Positions 37,859 through 50,570 of a stretch of DNA of 64,000 bases are shown here, piece by piece. This DNA comes from an uncultured Desulfobacterium sp. Its GTDB lineage: Bacteria; Desulfobacterota; Desulfobacteria; Desulfobacterales; Desulfobacteraceae. The translations under genes and the position numbers were made by a program. The notes beneath the pieces are model-generated. The model did not search any database and was not told where the DNA came from. It saw nothing but the letters and a program-made list of their open reading frames with translations. Each line of letters starts with the position of its first letter. Position 1 is the first letter of the stretch. Location: assembly GCA_963675955.2 (NCBI GenBank), contig CAXXVR010000009.1, forward strand, positions 930,441 to 994,440. Direction: 5' to 3'.

Positions 37859-40732
37859 TCATTTTTTTAATTTATTTTTTAAATCAAGTATTTTCCGTTT
37901 TTTTAGCCAATTTACCATTGCTGCTTATCTTGTCACTGGATTTTCTCTATCATAATCCTATATATATTTTAGTAGTATATTAAATAATACAGTATCAAAT
38001 GATAATTCAGCTACTGGATATTCTTACTCTTCATTTTGTTCAGGTATTGAAAAACATCGTTTATTTAATTATTCTAATGGCAAAATAACATAAATTAATC
38101 CAAGGCCAACAATTATTATGTTTTAAAAGTAAATTTTGCCAAATAGCATTATGTCATACAAGCAATTTGCTATCTAGCCCATATTAAAATAAACATTAAA
38201 AAACTCCAAATAAAAGAAAAATATAATCTAATTTATCAATCATACATTGTGAAAGTGCTAAACTTAAACTTTCTTTTATTGAACTTCTCCTTAAGAAGTT
38301 ATACTTAAAAATAATTAACTAAATATTAATCTTGCCTTATCGATTCAATAATAAAATAGCAAACTGACAAGATATATTGGTGCACAAATTGGTATTAATT
38401 CAACAAAAAAAAATATTGAATACATTGTCTTCATTATGTCAGCATATCTTAAAAGTATTTAAAATTTATTAGCAAACCTCGCTGCTGCTTTATAAGGAGG
38501 TCCATCTTCAACAAGCCTTGAAAAATAATAAAAAAATTGATTTAAACTCATGTGCTTCTTTTTAAGTGAGCAAAACTTAGTTACCAGTTTCTTTTACTAA
38601 TTTTTGCATTTTAAATTATTTATAACGTTTCTATAAATATCATGGGTTAACGAGCCAAAGAGTAGGCCCTAATATTGAATCTATTAATACTACATAATAT
38701 TCAAGAAACAAAAGCCCACCTAATGATTATTACAGTAATAAAAATGCAACCAGTAGAGTAAATATTTAATTCTACCAATTAAAGTCCCATGTTAATTATT
38801 CCTGCAATGAAGAACAAAGCAATTGACTATCTCTCTGCAAAATTGACTTAAGCTTTTGTTTTTGTAGAATATTTAGAATACCTAGATAATATTGTTTGAA
38901 AAAAAATATAAAACACTATAATTTTATTAACAAATTTGGCCAAATACATCTTATTGAAAACACAAATTAAAGCAGAAGTAAATATTGTCATTGCTTTAAC
39001 AAGTTAAAGTTAAATTCCTGTAATTTTATTATCTTGAGAATTATTGATAGCATATTTTTTATAGTAATATTATCCTATTTTAATCCCAGAAATGATAATA
39101 ATACAAATAGTTCATAAAAAGCATGTTAATAGCCAAGATTTAATTCTTAATGGTATTTTTGTGTTTGTTGTGACATGGATGACATTTCTTGAAATAAATT
39201 TAATAATTAAGATTATTTTTACCAATTGACATTAGCAGGCTCTGGTGCTTCTTCAATAATCAATTGCTTATTTTCAAGTTAGAGTGAGTTATTTGTTCAT
39301 TGAGTTTATTATCGTGTTAATCCTTTATTATAAAACAATTTAACTCTATCTAAAAAGCTAATTGAATAATAATCTAATATTATGTTTTTTTCTCTTTCAG
39401 AGTTAAATGAAATAAATGCAATACCACAAAAATCATAATTATCCATTTACATTTATTTGGAAACTTAATTTTTTTAAATTTTTAAATCATTGATTTAATA
39501 ATCCAATCAAACCACTAATGAATCATTTTAATTAAATTTTGCTTTTACTAATTATTGTTTTTTCTTATTTAGCCTAACTTCAATTTTTTTATCGATTTCT
39601 AAAAGTTTGCCAATATAATAGCAAAGAGTTATTTTAATAATTCCACTACTTTTTTCTTCGATTGTTTCTGTTTGACAACCAATAGTGTTTTTCTAAAAAT
39701 CAGAGACTTCGAATAATTTCTTTAATTCTTCTTTAACATTTTTCATTTTCGGAATATTTTTCACAATCAATGTATAATCGGAAGGTGTGCACAATAGTCC
39801 ATCAATATTTGCATCAATTTTTCTTGATTGATAACGAAATAGAAATAACAATATCATTAATACAACTGTAGTCACCAATCCTAAAGTATTTTACACACTT
39901 TTTGCGGATTCATTATCAAATTTGTTAGGATAGCTCATTTTAGAAATGTAAGTATCATTACTGCAAAGCTCAGTTCTATTAGAATTATCACAATAATTAG
40001 TTGTCATATTTGAATATAAGGCTGGACATGCATAAAGAGCAGAGAGAATAAATAAGACAATAATGCATTGTTTAAATCAATTATAAAACAACGTATATCC
40101 TGATCCAAGATAACCAAATTTATAAGTGGAATCAAAAAGTGAAATTGGCACTCGTGTTGCAAATTATCCACAGCATGCACAAATATTTTCATAATTAGTT
40201 TCCATTTCTGTTGAAACTCTTTAAGCTCTCTAAATTAATGCTAAAAAATAAAATTACTTTATGTTATTGAGCTTATTCTCAGTTCGGAGGAATTTAAAAT
40301 GGATTATACATTTTCTCTTTAATATAATTAAAATAAAAGAAAATAGTAACAGCAAGCTTTTTCGATCATTTTCATTACTTTAATTTTTTTGATTGCTCTT
40401 TCCAATTTACTTTTTCATTAAATATCTTCAATTCCCAATGCTTTTTCATATTTTTGTTAGTTTTCTTAATATATAGAATATGAACTATGAGCCTATGTTT
40501 ATTTAATTTTTGTAATTTCTGGGTTTAGAATTGGTGGTAATTTATTTTTATAATTTCTCTTGTGTTTTATTACTCCACTATTTTGAATATTTACAATTTA
40601 GGTATTAGGAAGAATATCACTACATGATGGGCGATGGTTATATTTTAGAACACTATCTTCAGTTAAATTAACAAGTTGCTCACTTTTATCTTATTAGTTC
40701 GATTCTATAGATCTTTCGCTATCTAAATTCAT
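37859..40732 (-). CDS. OSCA/CSC1/TMEM63-like membrane channel protein, paralog A
   Basis: PPN(W)EQA, CACCG, GYLGSGYTLFY, TPSDYTLIVKNIP, CGIAFISF, EEAPEP and YY(W)IDK|YNFLRRSS, with multiple TM segments. Confidence 0.72.
37876..38760. repeat. Near-identical duplicated block (copy at about 42826-43710)
   Basis: Direct repeat at offset 4950 including introns, with only a handful of substitutions visible. Confidence 0.9.
39811..40211. repeat. Second near-identical duplicated block (copy at about 44768-45168)
   Basis: Direct repeat at offset 4957. Explains the identical track ORFs 40004-40192 and 44961-45149. Confidence 0.9.
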
Positions 40733-40906
40733 TAGTAATAGTTACCTTTTTATAACTTTCAATAAAGCTTTTATTTTTATTAATATATAATTTACTGTTG
40801 TGAAATATAAAGAAGATCATTGATACAGTATTGAGTTTTAATATTAATATTTTATTGATTATTAAATTGTAAAATTTAAAAAATTAGAAATTTGATTGTG
40901 CATTTT

Positions 40907-42672
40907 TCAAGATTAGAGAAAGTATACACTACCATTGGACAAACGATTATGCTACCCAACAACATGTCCTTCAGTATATGGTACTAAATCAAAGTCAAAT
41001 ATTAAAATCAAATAACAATCTGGCTCCTTAAAATTTGGATTTGCCTACTACGCCTATTTCAATAATTGTTTCCATTTGTCATCATACTTTTGCCTGGTTT
41101 ACTTCTGTACTTTTTGGTCTTATAACAAATATAATATTCTATAATATAATTCGCTTTAATTTAAATATTAAACTTTGGTTCTTTGATTTATAATGCTTTA
41201 TCAAAAGCAACTGAGTCAATTTCTTTTAATATTGTTTTGAGAGCATTAAGTGACTCTTATAAAACTCTAAAAAAGATTCACTAAATAAAATTGAACTTGT
41301 GCCAATGATTCTCAGCTATTTAATTAATAACAGGAACAAGCAAAGGAAATGTAACTGTTTTATAATTTTTAAGAATTGTTAAAAAAAAATCATTTTCAAA
41401 AAAGCACATTGCTCTATCAGCCACCTATTTTATTAATAATAAATTCTAAAATAAACTTGTAAATGAGGTCCAGCAATGCATTTGATCAATCTTTTAAACA
41501 ACTTAGTAACTAAAGGCTCAAGCTTAGCGATTTCACATACTTCAAGTACTTCAACGAGTTCTGTTAAAAACATCACTTCTTTCACAGAATTTCCAAATGG
41601 CCAATACCTGAGTAATCCTTCCACTAACTATCAAATAATTAAAATTTTGCTTAATAAAATTGAAACATAAAAGGCGAGTGTTGGGTCTTTAGATAAAAAT
41701 AGCATGGAACATCTAAGCAGCTACTCGTGGTATAAATGGCAGGTCTACACTTTATGCAATGGTGTGATAACATTTTTGAAAAATATCACATGTTCATCTC
41801 TTAAAGGAACAGCGAATCCACTAATAATACTAAACAATTTAATTTTGAAATAATTATTGTAACTTACCTGGCTAATATATCTAAAAGTTCTGGTGCACCA
41901 TTGAACTTATATGTCTCATGAATTAATGTTGAAAAGCAATCAGTCATAGCCTTTCTAATCATTTTTCTTCTTGGAACTAACTTGGCATAAAGTCTATGCA
42001 AGATATTTTTTAAATATTCTCTTTCTTTTGGTTCTTCTGAATCCAATAATTCCAAAAACTTAATTTAATTAAATGCAAATTAATAAAATTACTTCTTGAA
42101 TAAAAGAGTGAGTAACAAATACTTTCAATGATTTGACATCACATGCTTCATTCACAATCAAAGACAAAAAGAACTCATAGACCAGCTAAATTAAATTGAT
42201 AAAAATTATATTAACTTATAAATGTGGCCAAGCTGGATCAATTAGCATATCGGCTGGATCTTCCATTTATTATTCATTACTCATTCCATCAGTTGGAGCT
42301 CCTGCTTTTTTTAAAATTGGTAAAGGTCTGAAAATATTTTTTTCTATCATTTCCATCACCATATCTAAATGTGGGATGATAAGAGATATTACAGTGTTTT
42401 AATCGCTTAAAAAATCTTAAAGTTCTTGCAAATATGTTATGCGATCGTTTTTTTCTTTTATTTACTTGGACTCATCGTTAAAGTCAAAAGATTAACTGCA
42501 GAATTAAATTTTCTTGTAGAAACTATCTTTAACTTCTTTTGAAGGACCATGCTAAGCTGGTTTTGCTTCTCCTATGTTTTAATAAAACTTAAAATTATTA
42601 ACTTTTTGCTCCCTTCTATTAAGTACCCTTTGATGCAGGTGGAGGTGGTCCTGGCTGCTTTGTTTATTTCAT
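40907..42672 (-). CDS. PP2A regulatory subunit B' (B56)
   Basis: NIFRPLP, DPAWPHLQ|LVYEFF, LLDSEEPKEREYLKNILHRLYAK, FNGAPELLDIL, ISGFAVPLRDEH, GLLRYWP and PHLQ|VADRA. TGA at 40907-40909. Confidence 0.93.
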
Positions 42673-42808
42673 TTAAAAATTAAAAAATCTAAGATTAAAT
42701 ATAAAATAAATTTGATTTTAAATTAACAAGTATTTAATCAAATTATTAGTTGAATTGAAAAAATATAATTGAAAAAATATAATAAGATAAATACAGAAAA
42801 TTTAATAT

Positions 42809-45741
42809 TCATTTTATTAAATCGTTTTTTAAATCAAGTATTTTCCGTTTTTTTAGCCAATTTACCATTGCTGCTTATCTTGTCACTGGATTTTCTCTAT
42901 CATAATCCTATATATATTTTAGTAGTATATTAAATAATACAGTATCAAATGATAATTCAGCTACTGGATATTCTTACTCTTCATTTTGTTCAGGTATTGA
43001 AAAACATCGTTTATTTAATTATTCTAATGGCAAAATAACATAAATTAATCCAAGGCCAACAATTATTATGTTTTAAAAGTAAATTTTGCCAAATAGCATT
43101 ATGTCATACAAGCAATTTGCTATCTAGCCCATATTAAAATAAACATTAAAAAACTCCAAATAAAAGAAAAATATAATCTAATTTATCAATCATACATTGT
43201 GAAAGTGCTAAACTTAAACTTTCTTTTATTGAACTTCTCCTTAAGAAGTTATACTTAAAAATAATTAACTAAATATTAATCTTGCCTTATCGATTCAATA
43301 ATAAAATAGCAAACTGACAAGATATATTGGTGCACAAATTGGTATTAATTCAACAAAAAAAAATATTGAATACATTGTCTTCATTATGTCAGCATATCTT
43401 AAAAGTATTTAAAATTTATTAGCAAACCTCGCTGCTGCTTTATAAGGAGGTCCATCTTCAAAAAGCCTTGAAAAATAATAAAAAAATTGATTTAAACTCA
43501 TGTGCTTCTTGTTAAGTGAGCAAAACTTAGTTACCAGTTTCTTTTACTAATTTTTGCATTTTAAATTATTTATAAAGTTTCTATAAATATCATGGGTTAA
43601 CGAGCCAAAGAGTAGGCCCTAATATTGAATCTATTAATACTACATAATATTCAAGAAACAAAAGCCCACCTAACGATTATTACAGTAATAAAAATGCAAC
43701 CAGTAGAGTAAATATTTAATTCAAACATTTGTAGGCCCATGTTAATTATTCCTGTAATGAAGAATAAAGCAATTGATTGTCTCTCTGCAAAATTGACTTA
43801 AGCTTTTGTTTTAGTAGAATATTTAGAATATCTAGATAATATCGGTTTGAAAAAAAAACAAAAAAACAACACTATAATTTTATTAACAAATTTGGCCAAA
43901 TACATCTTATTGAAAACACACATTAAAGCTGAAGTAAATATTGTCATTGCTTAGACATATTACAATTACATTCCTGTAATTTTATTATCTAATGACTTAT
44001 TTTTTGTATATTTTTTATACTCATATTATCCAATTTTAATTCCAAAAATAACAAGAATACAAATAGTTCATAATAGAAATGTCCATATTCATGATTTAAT
44101 TCTTAGTGGTATTTTTGATCAAGTCGAGACATGAATAACATTTCTATCAAAATAGGAATTATAAATAAAGTGAGTATACCAATTAATATTAGAAGGTTCT
44201 GGAGCTTCTTCTACAATTAATTCTTAATTTTACATTTTTAATGAATTATTAAATGGTGGTTATTTTTAAATAAGAGATTTTCCTCTATTTTAAAATAGTT
44301 TAATTCGATATTGAAAACTCAATTTATAATTCTCTAAAATCTGTTATTTATCATATTCTGAATTAAATGAAACAAATGCAATTCCGCAAAACTCTTCATT
44401 ACTTTCTTACATTTCATTTGAGGTTTTATTTTTTTTTAATTTCATTTTATTTATGTCAGAATCTAATTAACTTACAATTGGATCAATTAAATTAAAGCCA
44501 TTTAGTAATAATTATTTTTTCTTCAACTTTAAAATTTATTGAATTTTTTCATCTATTTCTGTTAACTTTTTAATTTGATAACATAAATTTATTTTAGAAA
44601 CTTGCAAACATTTATTTTTCAAAGAGTTTTTTGGATCAACTGATTGTTTAAAATTATCTTATTTTTCAAATAATTTCTTTAATTCTTCTTTAACATTTTT
44701 AATTTTCGGAATATTTTTCACAATTAATGTATAATCAGAAGGCGTACACAATAGTCCATCAATAGTTTCATCAATTTTTCTTGATTGATAACGAAATAGA
44801 AATAACAATATCATTAATACAACTGTAGTCACCAATCCTAAAGTATTTTACACACTTTTTGCGGATTCATTATCAAATTTATTAGGATAGCTCATTTTAG
44901 AAATGTAAGTATCATTTCTACAAAGCTCAGTTTTCTTAGGGTCATCACAATAATTAGTTGTCATATTTGAATATAAGGCTGGACATGCATAAAGAGCAGA
45001 GAGAATAAATAAGACAATAATGCATTGTTTAAATCAATTATAAAACAACGTATATCCTGATCCAAGATAACCAAATTTATAAGTGGAATCAAAAAGTGAA
45101 ATTGGCACTCGTGTTGCAAATTATCCACAGCATGCACAAATATTTTCATAATTAGTTTCCATTTCTGTTGCTATTGATTAAGCCTTCTTTCTTTAAATTA
45201 ATTGATTAAATTAAAATAACCCGATGCTATTCCGCTTATTTTCAATTTGGAGGAATATTAAAAGGATTATACATTTTTTCTTAAAATTATAATAAATAAT
45301 TATCTTACAGCATGCTTTTTAGATAATTTTAATAGCTTTAATCTTTTTGAAAGCTCTATTAATTTTTTACTTTCATCCTGGAGTAGTATCACTAGGTTTC
45401 AATCAATTATAATAAAAATTATCATTTTAAGTGTATTATAAACTCATAGATTTTAAAGTTCTCAATCTTGCAATTTCTGGATTTAAAGAAGAAACAAAAT
45501 TTTTTTTGGAAAACATTTTAATTTTGCATTATTTAAATTGTCTATCTTCAGCGTTTACAAGAATTAATTATTAATTTTAATTAACATCATCATTAATTGT
45601 GATTGAATCTGAAAGTTGGATTAAATCTTCACTAATAATTGATTATTTTTCATTCTCTTCTGTCGGAATTGTGAACATAAGTGAATCCTCTGATTATCCT
45701 TTATTTTTAGGCTCCAAGAAATAATTTGTAACTTTATTCAT
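42809..45741 (-). CDS. OSCA/CSC1/TMEM63-like membrane channel protein, paralog B
   Basis: Same motifs as paralog A, with long blocks nearly identical to A. Stop TGA at the homologous position. Confidence 0.72.
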
Positions 45742-45816
45742 CAAATTACAATTTTATTAATCATTTAATAATTATTAAAAATACAAAAATAATTGTTCAT
45801 TTTGCATAAGAGCTTT

Positions 45817-48742
45817 TCATTTTACTAATTCTTTTTTCATATCATAAATTTTCCGTTTTTTTAACCAATTTACCATAGCAGCTTATTTTGTGACAGGATT
45901 TTCTCTATCATAATCCTTTGTTTCAGTAAAAAAAATTATTTTTTTTACTGTATCAAATGAAATTTCAGCTTCTTTATATTCCTGGCTTTCTGATTCTCCT
46001 GGAATCGGGAAAAACTATCTATTTAATTCTTCTAATGGCATTAATAAGTAGATTAGGCCCATAATGGCAATAATTAAATTTAACGTTGAGATTATACCAA
46101 AGAGCATGTAATCGTATAAACAATTGGAAACCTAAGAATTATTGATTAGCAAATTAAATTAACTCCAAATAAAAGAAATATATAATCTAATTTATCTATC
46201 ATATGCTAAGATAATGCTAAACTTAAACTTTCTTTCACCGAACTTCTTCTCAAAAAATTATACTATTTCTAATTATTTAGTTATTAAATCAACTTTATCA
46301 ATCCAATAATAAATTAAAAGACTAATTAAATAAAGAGGTGCAGCAATTGGTATAAGTTCTACAAAAAAGAAAATTGAATACATTGTTTTCATGATATCAG
46401 CATATCTAAAAGTAGTTTTAAAACAGTAGAGCCTGACCTTGCAGCAGCTTTATAAGGGGGCCCATCTTCAATCAATCTAGAATTTTCTAAAAAAAAATGT
46501 AAGATACTCATGAGCTTCTCTTTGAGTAATAGCAACTCTATTTCCAGTTTGTCGTACTTCTTTTCTCACTTTAAAGAATTTATAACGTTTTTCGAGAAAT
46601 CACGGATTTACTAGCCATAAAGCAGGGCCTAAAATTGCATCAATTAATACAACATAATATTCTAGGAATATTAAACCACCTATTAATATAATTAGAAATT
46701 GATGTTAACTAATTAATACCAGTAGAATAAATATTTTTTTCAAAAATTTATAGAATCATATTTATTATTCCAGCAATAAAAAATAAAGCAATAGCTTGCC
46801 GTTCAGCAAAGTTAACTTATGCTTTCGTTTTTGTTGAATATTTGGCATAACTTAAATATATAATTATCATTTTAAATTACGCAATAATCTTATTAACAAA
46901 TTTTGCTAAATAGAATTTATTAAAGCAACAAATAAGTGCAGATGTAAATATTGTCATTGCTTGAACTAATTGCAGCTGAAATCCTGTGATTTTATTATCA
47001 GGGGATTGCTTTTTTGCATAGTTTTTATAAAAAATCTGGCTCATCTTGATTCCAAATATAACCATAATACAAACAATCCAAAGAAAAACAGTCTAAAGCC
47101 AAGATTTTACCCTTAGAGGTATTTTGGATTTAGTGGTCACATGTATTACATTTCTATTACAATTAAAAAAAATAGTTTAAACCAATTTATATTAGAGGGC
47201 TCTGGAGCTTCTTCAACAATAAGCTCATTCTGACCAATCTTCAGTAGATCATCAGATTGTTCATATTAACTATGAATTTTACCTTTATTCTAAAACAGTT
47301 TCATTCTATGGAGAAAGGAAATTTTATATTCATCAAGAATTTTTTATTTATCATTTTCCGTATGAAATGAAACAAAAGCAATTCCACAAAAATCCTCATT
47401 TGTTTTTTACATTTCGTTTGATGTTTTATTTTTTTCAAGTTTCAATTTATTTATTTCAGAATCAATTTATAAAACAAGTGGGTCATCTAAATTAAATTCA
47501 TTAGCAAGTAATCGTTTCTTTTTCTCTGAAAGTTGGCTATTAATTTTAATATCTATCTCAACAATCTTCCCAATATAGTAGCATAGATTTATTTTAGTGA
47601 CTTTGACTTCACAATCATCACATTCAAACTTTTTCATGCCTTTTCTTTTACGCTATTCCGCTTCTTCAAAGACTTTTTTTAATTCTTCATGAATATTATC
47701 AACTTTTGGTATATTTTTAACTATAATCGTATAGTCTGAAGGTGTGCATAATAATCCATCGATAGTTTAATCAATTTTACGGGCTTAATAACGGAATCAA
47801 AATAAAAGTATCATTAATGTCACGGTTGTTATTAATCCTAAGATATTTTAAACTTTTTTGGCTGGATCATTGTCAAATTTATTTGGATAGCTCAATTAAG
47901 ATATATAATTATCATTTCTACAAAGTTCTGTTCGATTGGGATTATCACAGTAATCAGTTGTATAGTTTTAGTATAATGCTGGAAAGGAATAAACTCCTGA
48001 AACTATAAACAAGACAATAATGCATTATTTAAACCAATTATAAAACAAAGTATATCCTTTTTAATAAATTAATCTTTTAAATTATTTTTTAACCTGAACC
48101 AAGATAACCAAATTTATATGAAGAATCAAAAAATTGAATTGGCTTACGTGTTGCAAATTATCCACAACATAAGCAAATATTTTCATAATTACTTTCAATT
48201 TCAGTTGCTACTCTTTAAGCCATCTTAAAATAAGTTTAAAGATAATTATTTTTACTCTGTGCTTTTCAGCTTACTCTCAATTTGGAGGAATCAGAAAAGG
48301 GTTATACATTTTTTCTAAAAAGAATTTTAAATTCTTAAAAGAAAGTGTTACAGCAAGCTTTCTCTAAAATCCTTAATGTTTTTAACTTATTTACAGCCTT
48401 TTATAATTTTTTTAGCCAAGGTTTACGCTCTAGTTATTTAATCGTTAATTATGTATCCTCTTATCGAGAAATGCAAGAACCATTTAATGCCTTTTAAAAT
48501 TTCATCTCCAATGTTGAATCAAATAATGGTACCAATTGTTTTGGTAATTTTTTCTTTTTCTTTTTTTTGACTTTCTTTTTCTTTTTATTGCCTATAATCA
48601 CGATTCCCTCATTGTGATTAACTAATTCACTAAAAGTTTGATATGTTTAAAATTTGAGTTTTTCTTGGCTTAAGAATGACACACGTTCAGTGCGTTCTGG
48701 AGTTCTGGTATTCATTGGAGAATCTTAATCTTCTTGCTTCAT
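45817..48742 (-). CDS. OSCA/CSC1/TMEM63-like membrane channel protein, paralog C
   Basis: Same motifs but more diverged, with an extra intron at 48057-48093. Stop TGA at the homologous position. Confidence 0.72.
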
Positions 48743-48958
48743 TCAAAATATTAATAACAATTATAAATTAATTGTTTTTATAAATTTTAAAACAATTTAG
48801 TTAATGTAAATGTAATTAGTAATAGAAATTTTTTATTTTAAGATGTTTATAATAGTGCAAGATCTATAATTTTCTAAAAGAAAAACAATTATTTTGATTG
48901 ATTTATTGTTTCAATATTAACAAAAAACACTATTTATAAAAAAAATCTAAGTAATTCT

Positions 48959-50213
48959 TCAAGTTAATGGTGCAAGATTAACTGCCTTTTTTCTAATAGT
49001 AGATTATTTTCCTCTATATTAACAAATATTAAATTGCAATGGGATCTTCTTTCCATCTCTTGCTAAATTCAAATACTCTTTGGTTAGTAAGCAATGAGTA
49101 ACATCTTAAAAGTGAAAGAAAATTTCTACATTGTCTTCATCAATTACAATGAAGCCATATTGTCTTTCGGAGTCAAAATACTTTAAATAGCCAGTATAAA
49201 CTTTTGTTGAAATTTCTAAAATAAATGGATTATGTATTGTTTAAACAATTATTTAATCTCGCACTAATTATTTTGGTAAATTTAAGCCGCTTTGCGAAAT
49301 AAATGATGGAGGCACTAATTATTATTCTAAAATTTACTATTAGTTTTGTTAAGGTAAAAATTATTGTTGTTATTGTTGTTATTATTGTTATTGTATTTAT
49401 TCAGAAAAATAATAGTTTTTAAACTATTGACATGATAGTGATTCTATTTAAGGTTAATTATTTGGAGTTAAGGAAGGCTATTGAAAATCTGTAGTGTTCC
49501 ATTTTAATGAATTGAACTCTTAAAATTCATTTTATTTTTGCTAAATTTTAAATATTTCTTGCTTTTAAGTTGACAATAATTATGTTTTATCAATACTTTC
49601 GGAAATATATGAAGACGAATTAATATTTAATTTTTTTTTCTTAATGGATTAATGTTTCTTTTTAACAGAATGCTCAAATTCATTACTTTCTTCTAAATCA
49701 AGTGATAAAATTTATTTTCTCACAGCCTTTTCACATTCACTGCTTTTACTGGAACCATTTTCAGGGATGTTTTGAGATTCTTATTTTGCTAAAAAAAATA
49801 ATGGCTAATTTTATCTCTCGAAAGCATATTGCTTGTATTCTTCTTCTTCTTAATTTGAATGTAGTGTCTGAGGTGAGGGATAAAAAATACTATTAGGAGA
49901 TTTCTATCTTGAAGAAATTTAGCTTTCAAAACTTTCAAAAATATTTGCTTCTTCTTTTTATTATAATATTTAATTGCTTTTCACATATTTGTTAATTGTT
50001 GGCTCTATATTAATAATGCATAAAAATTATTGTTATTGAACTTTTTGTCTGTAAATTTTTGTAAGACTCTTCATTGATTTCATCGGCTTGATCATACATA
50101 AAAGGTAAATTTTCAAATGTTGAAAAACTTTTTTATGAACCCGATAAGCCACTTGTCTGATTCATGATTTCCTATCTCAGTTTCTCAAGTTCTTCTATTT
50201 GATTTGATGACAT
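48959..50213 (-). CDS. Cold-shock-domain (OB-fold) protein, copy 1
   Basis: Q/N-rich N-terminus, then YTGYLKYFDSERQYGFIVIDEDNVEIFFHFQDV...KAVNLAPLT-TGA (RNP1/RNP2-like motifs). Confidence 0.78.
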
Positions 50214-50570
50214 TTTAGGAATAGATACAAAATTAAAAAACAATTTTATTAATTTATATTGATTTTAATCTCATGAAGTTTTTGTAATCTTTATTTATAT
50301 TAAATGTTATCAAACAGCCAAATTATATAAAATTAAATTTATAATAGATTTCAAGTTAAAAAAATATAAGGAAATCAAGTTTATCCTCAAGTTTTTACGA
50401 GCCTTTCCTTTATTACAGAAAAATAATTGTTGAATAATAATCAATACTTTTTTACAAATATTAACAAAATTTAGCATATATGCATATATAATTTAAAATA
50501 TAAAATAACTTGTAAAAATTTAAATTTAAACCAAATTTCCTGATAAAGGTAAAATATAATAAAATAAATT

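Noticed and set aside
41721-41723. Split meaning of TAA versus TAG (e.g. Lys or Glu)
   Set aside because: TAG sits at the conserved Gln of B56 YHxQL and TAA at Gln in QSPI and WPHLQ. Evidence for TAG is thinner but consistent with Gln.
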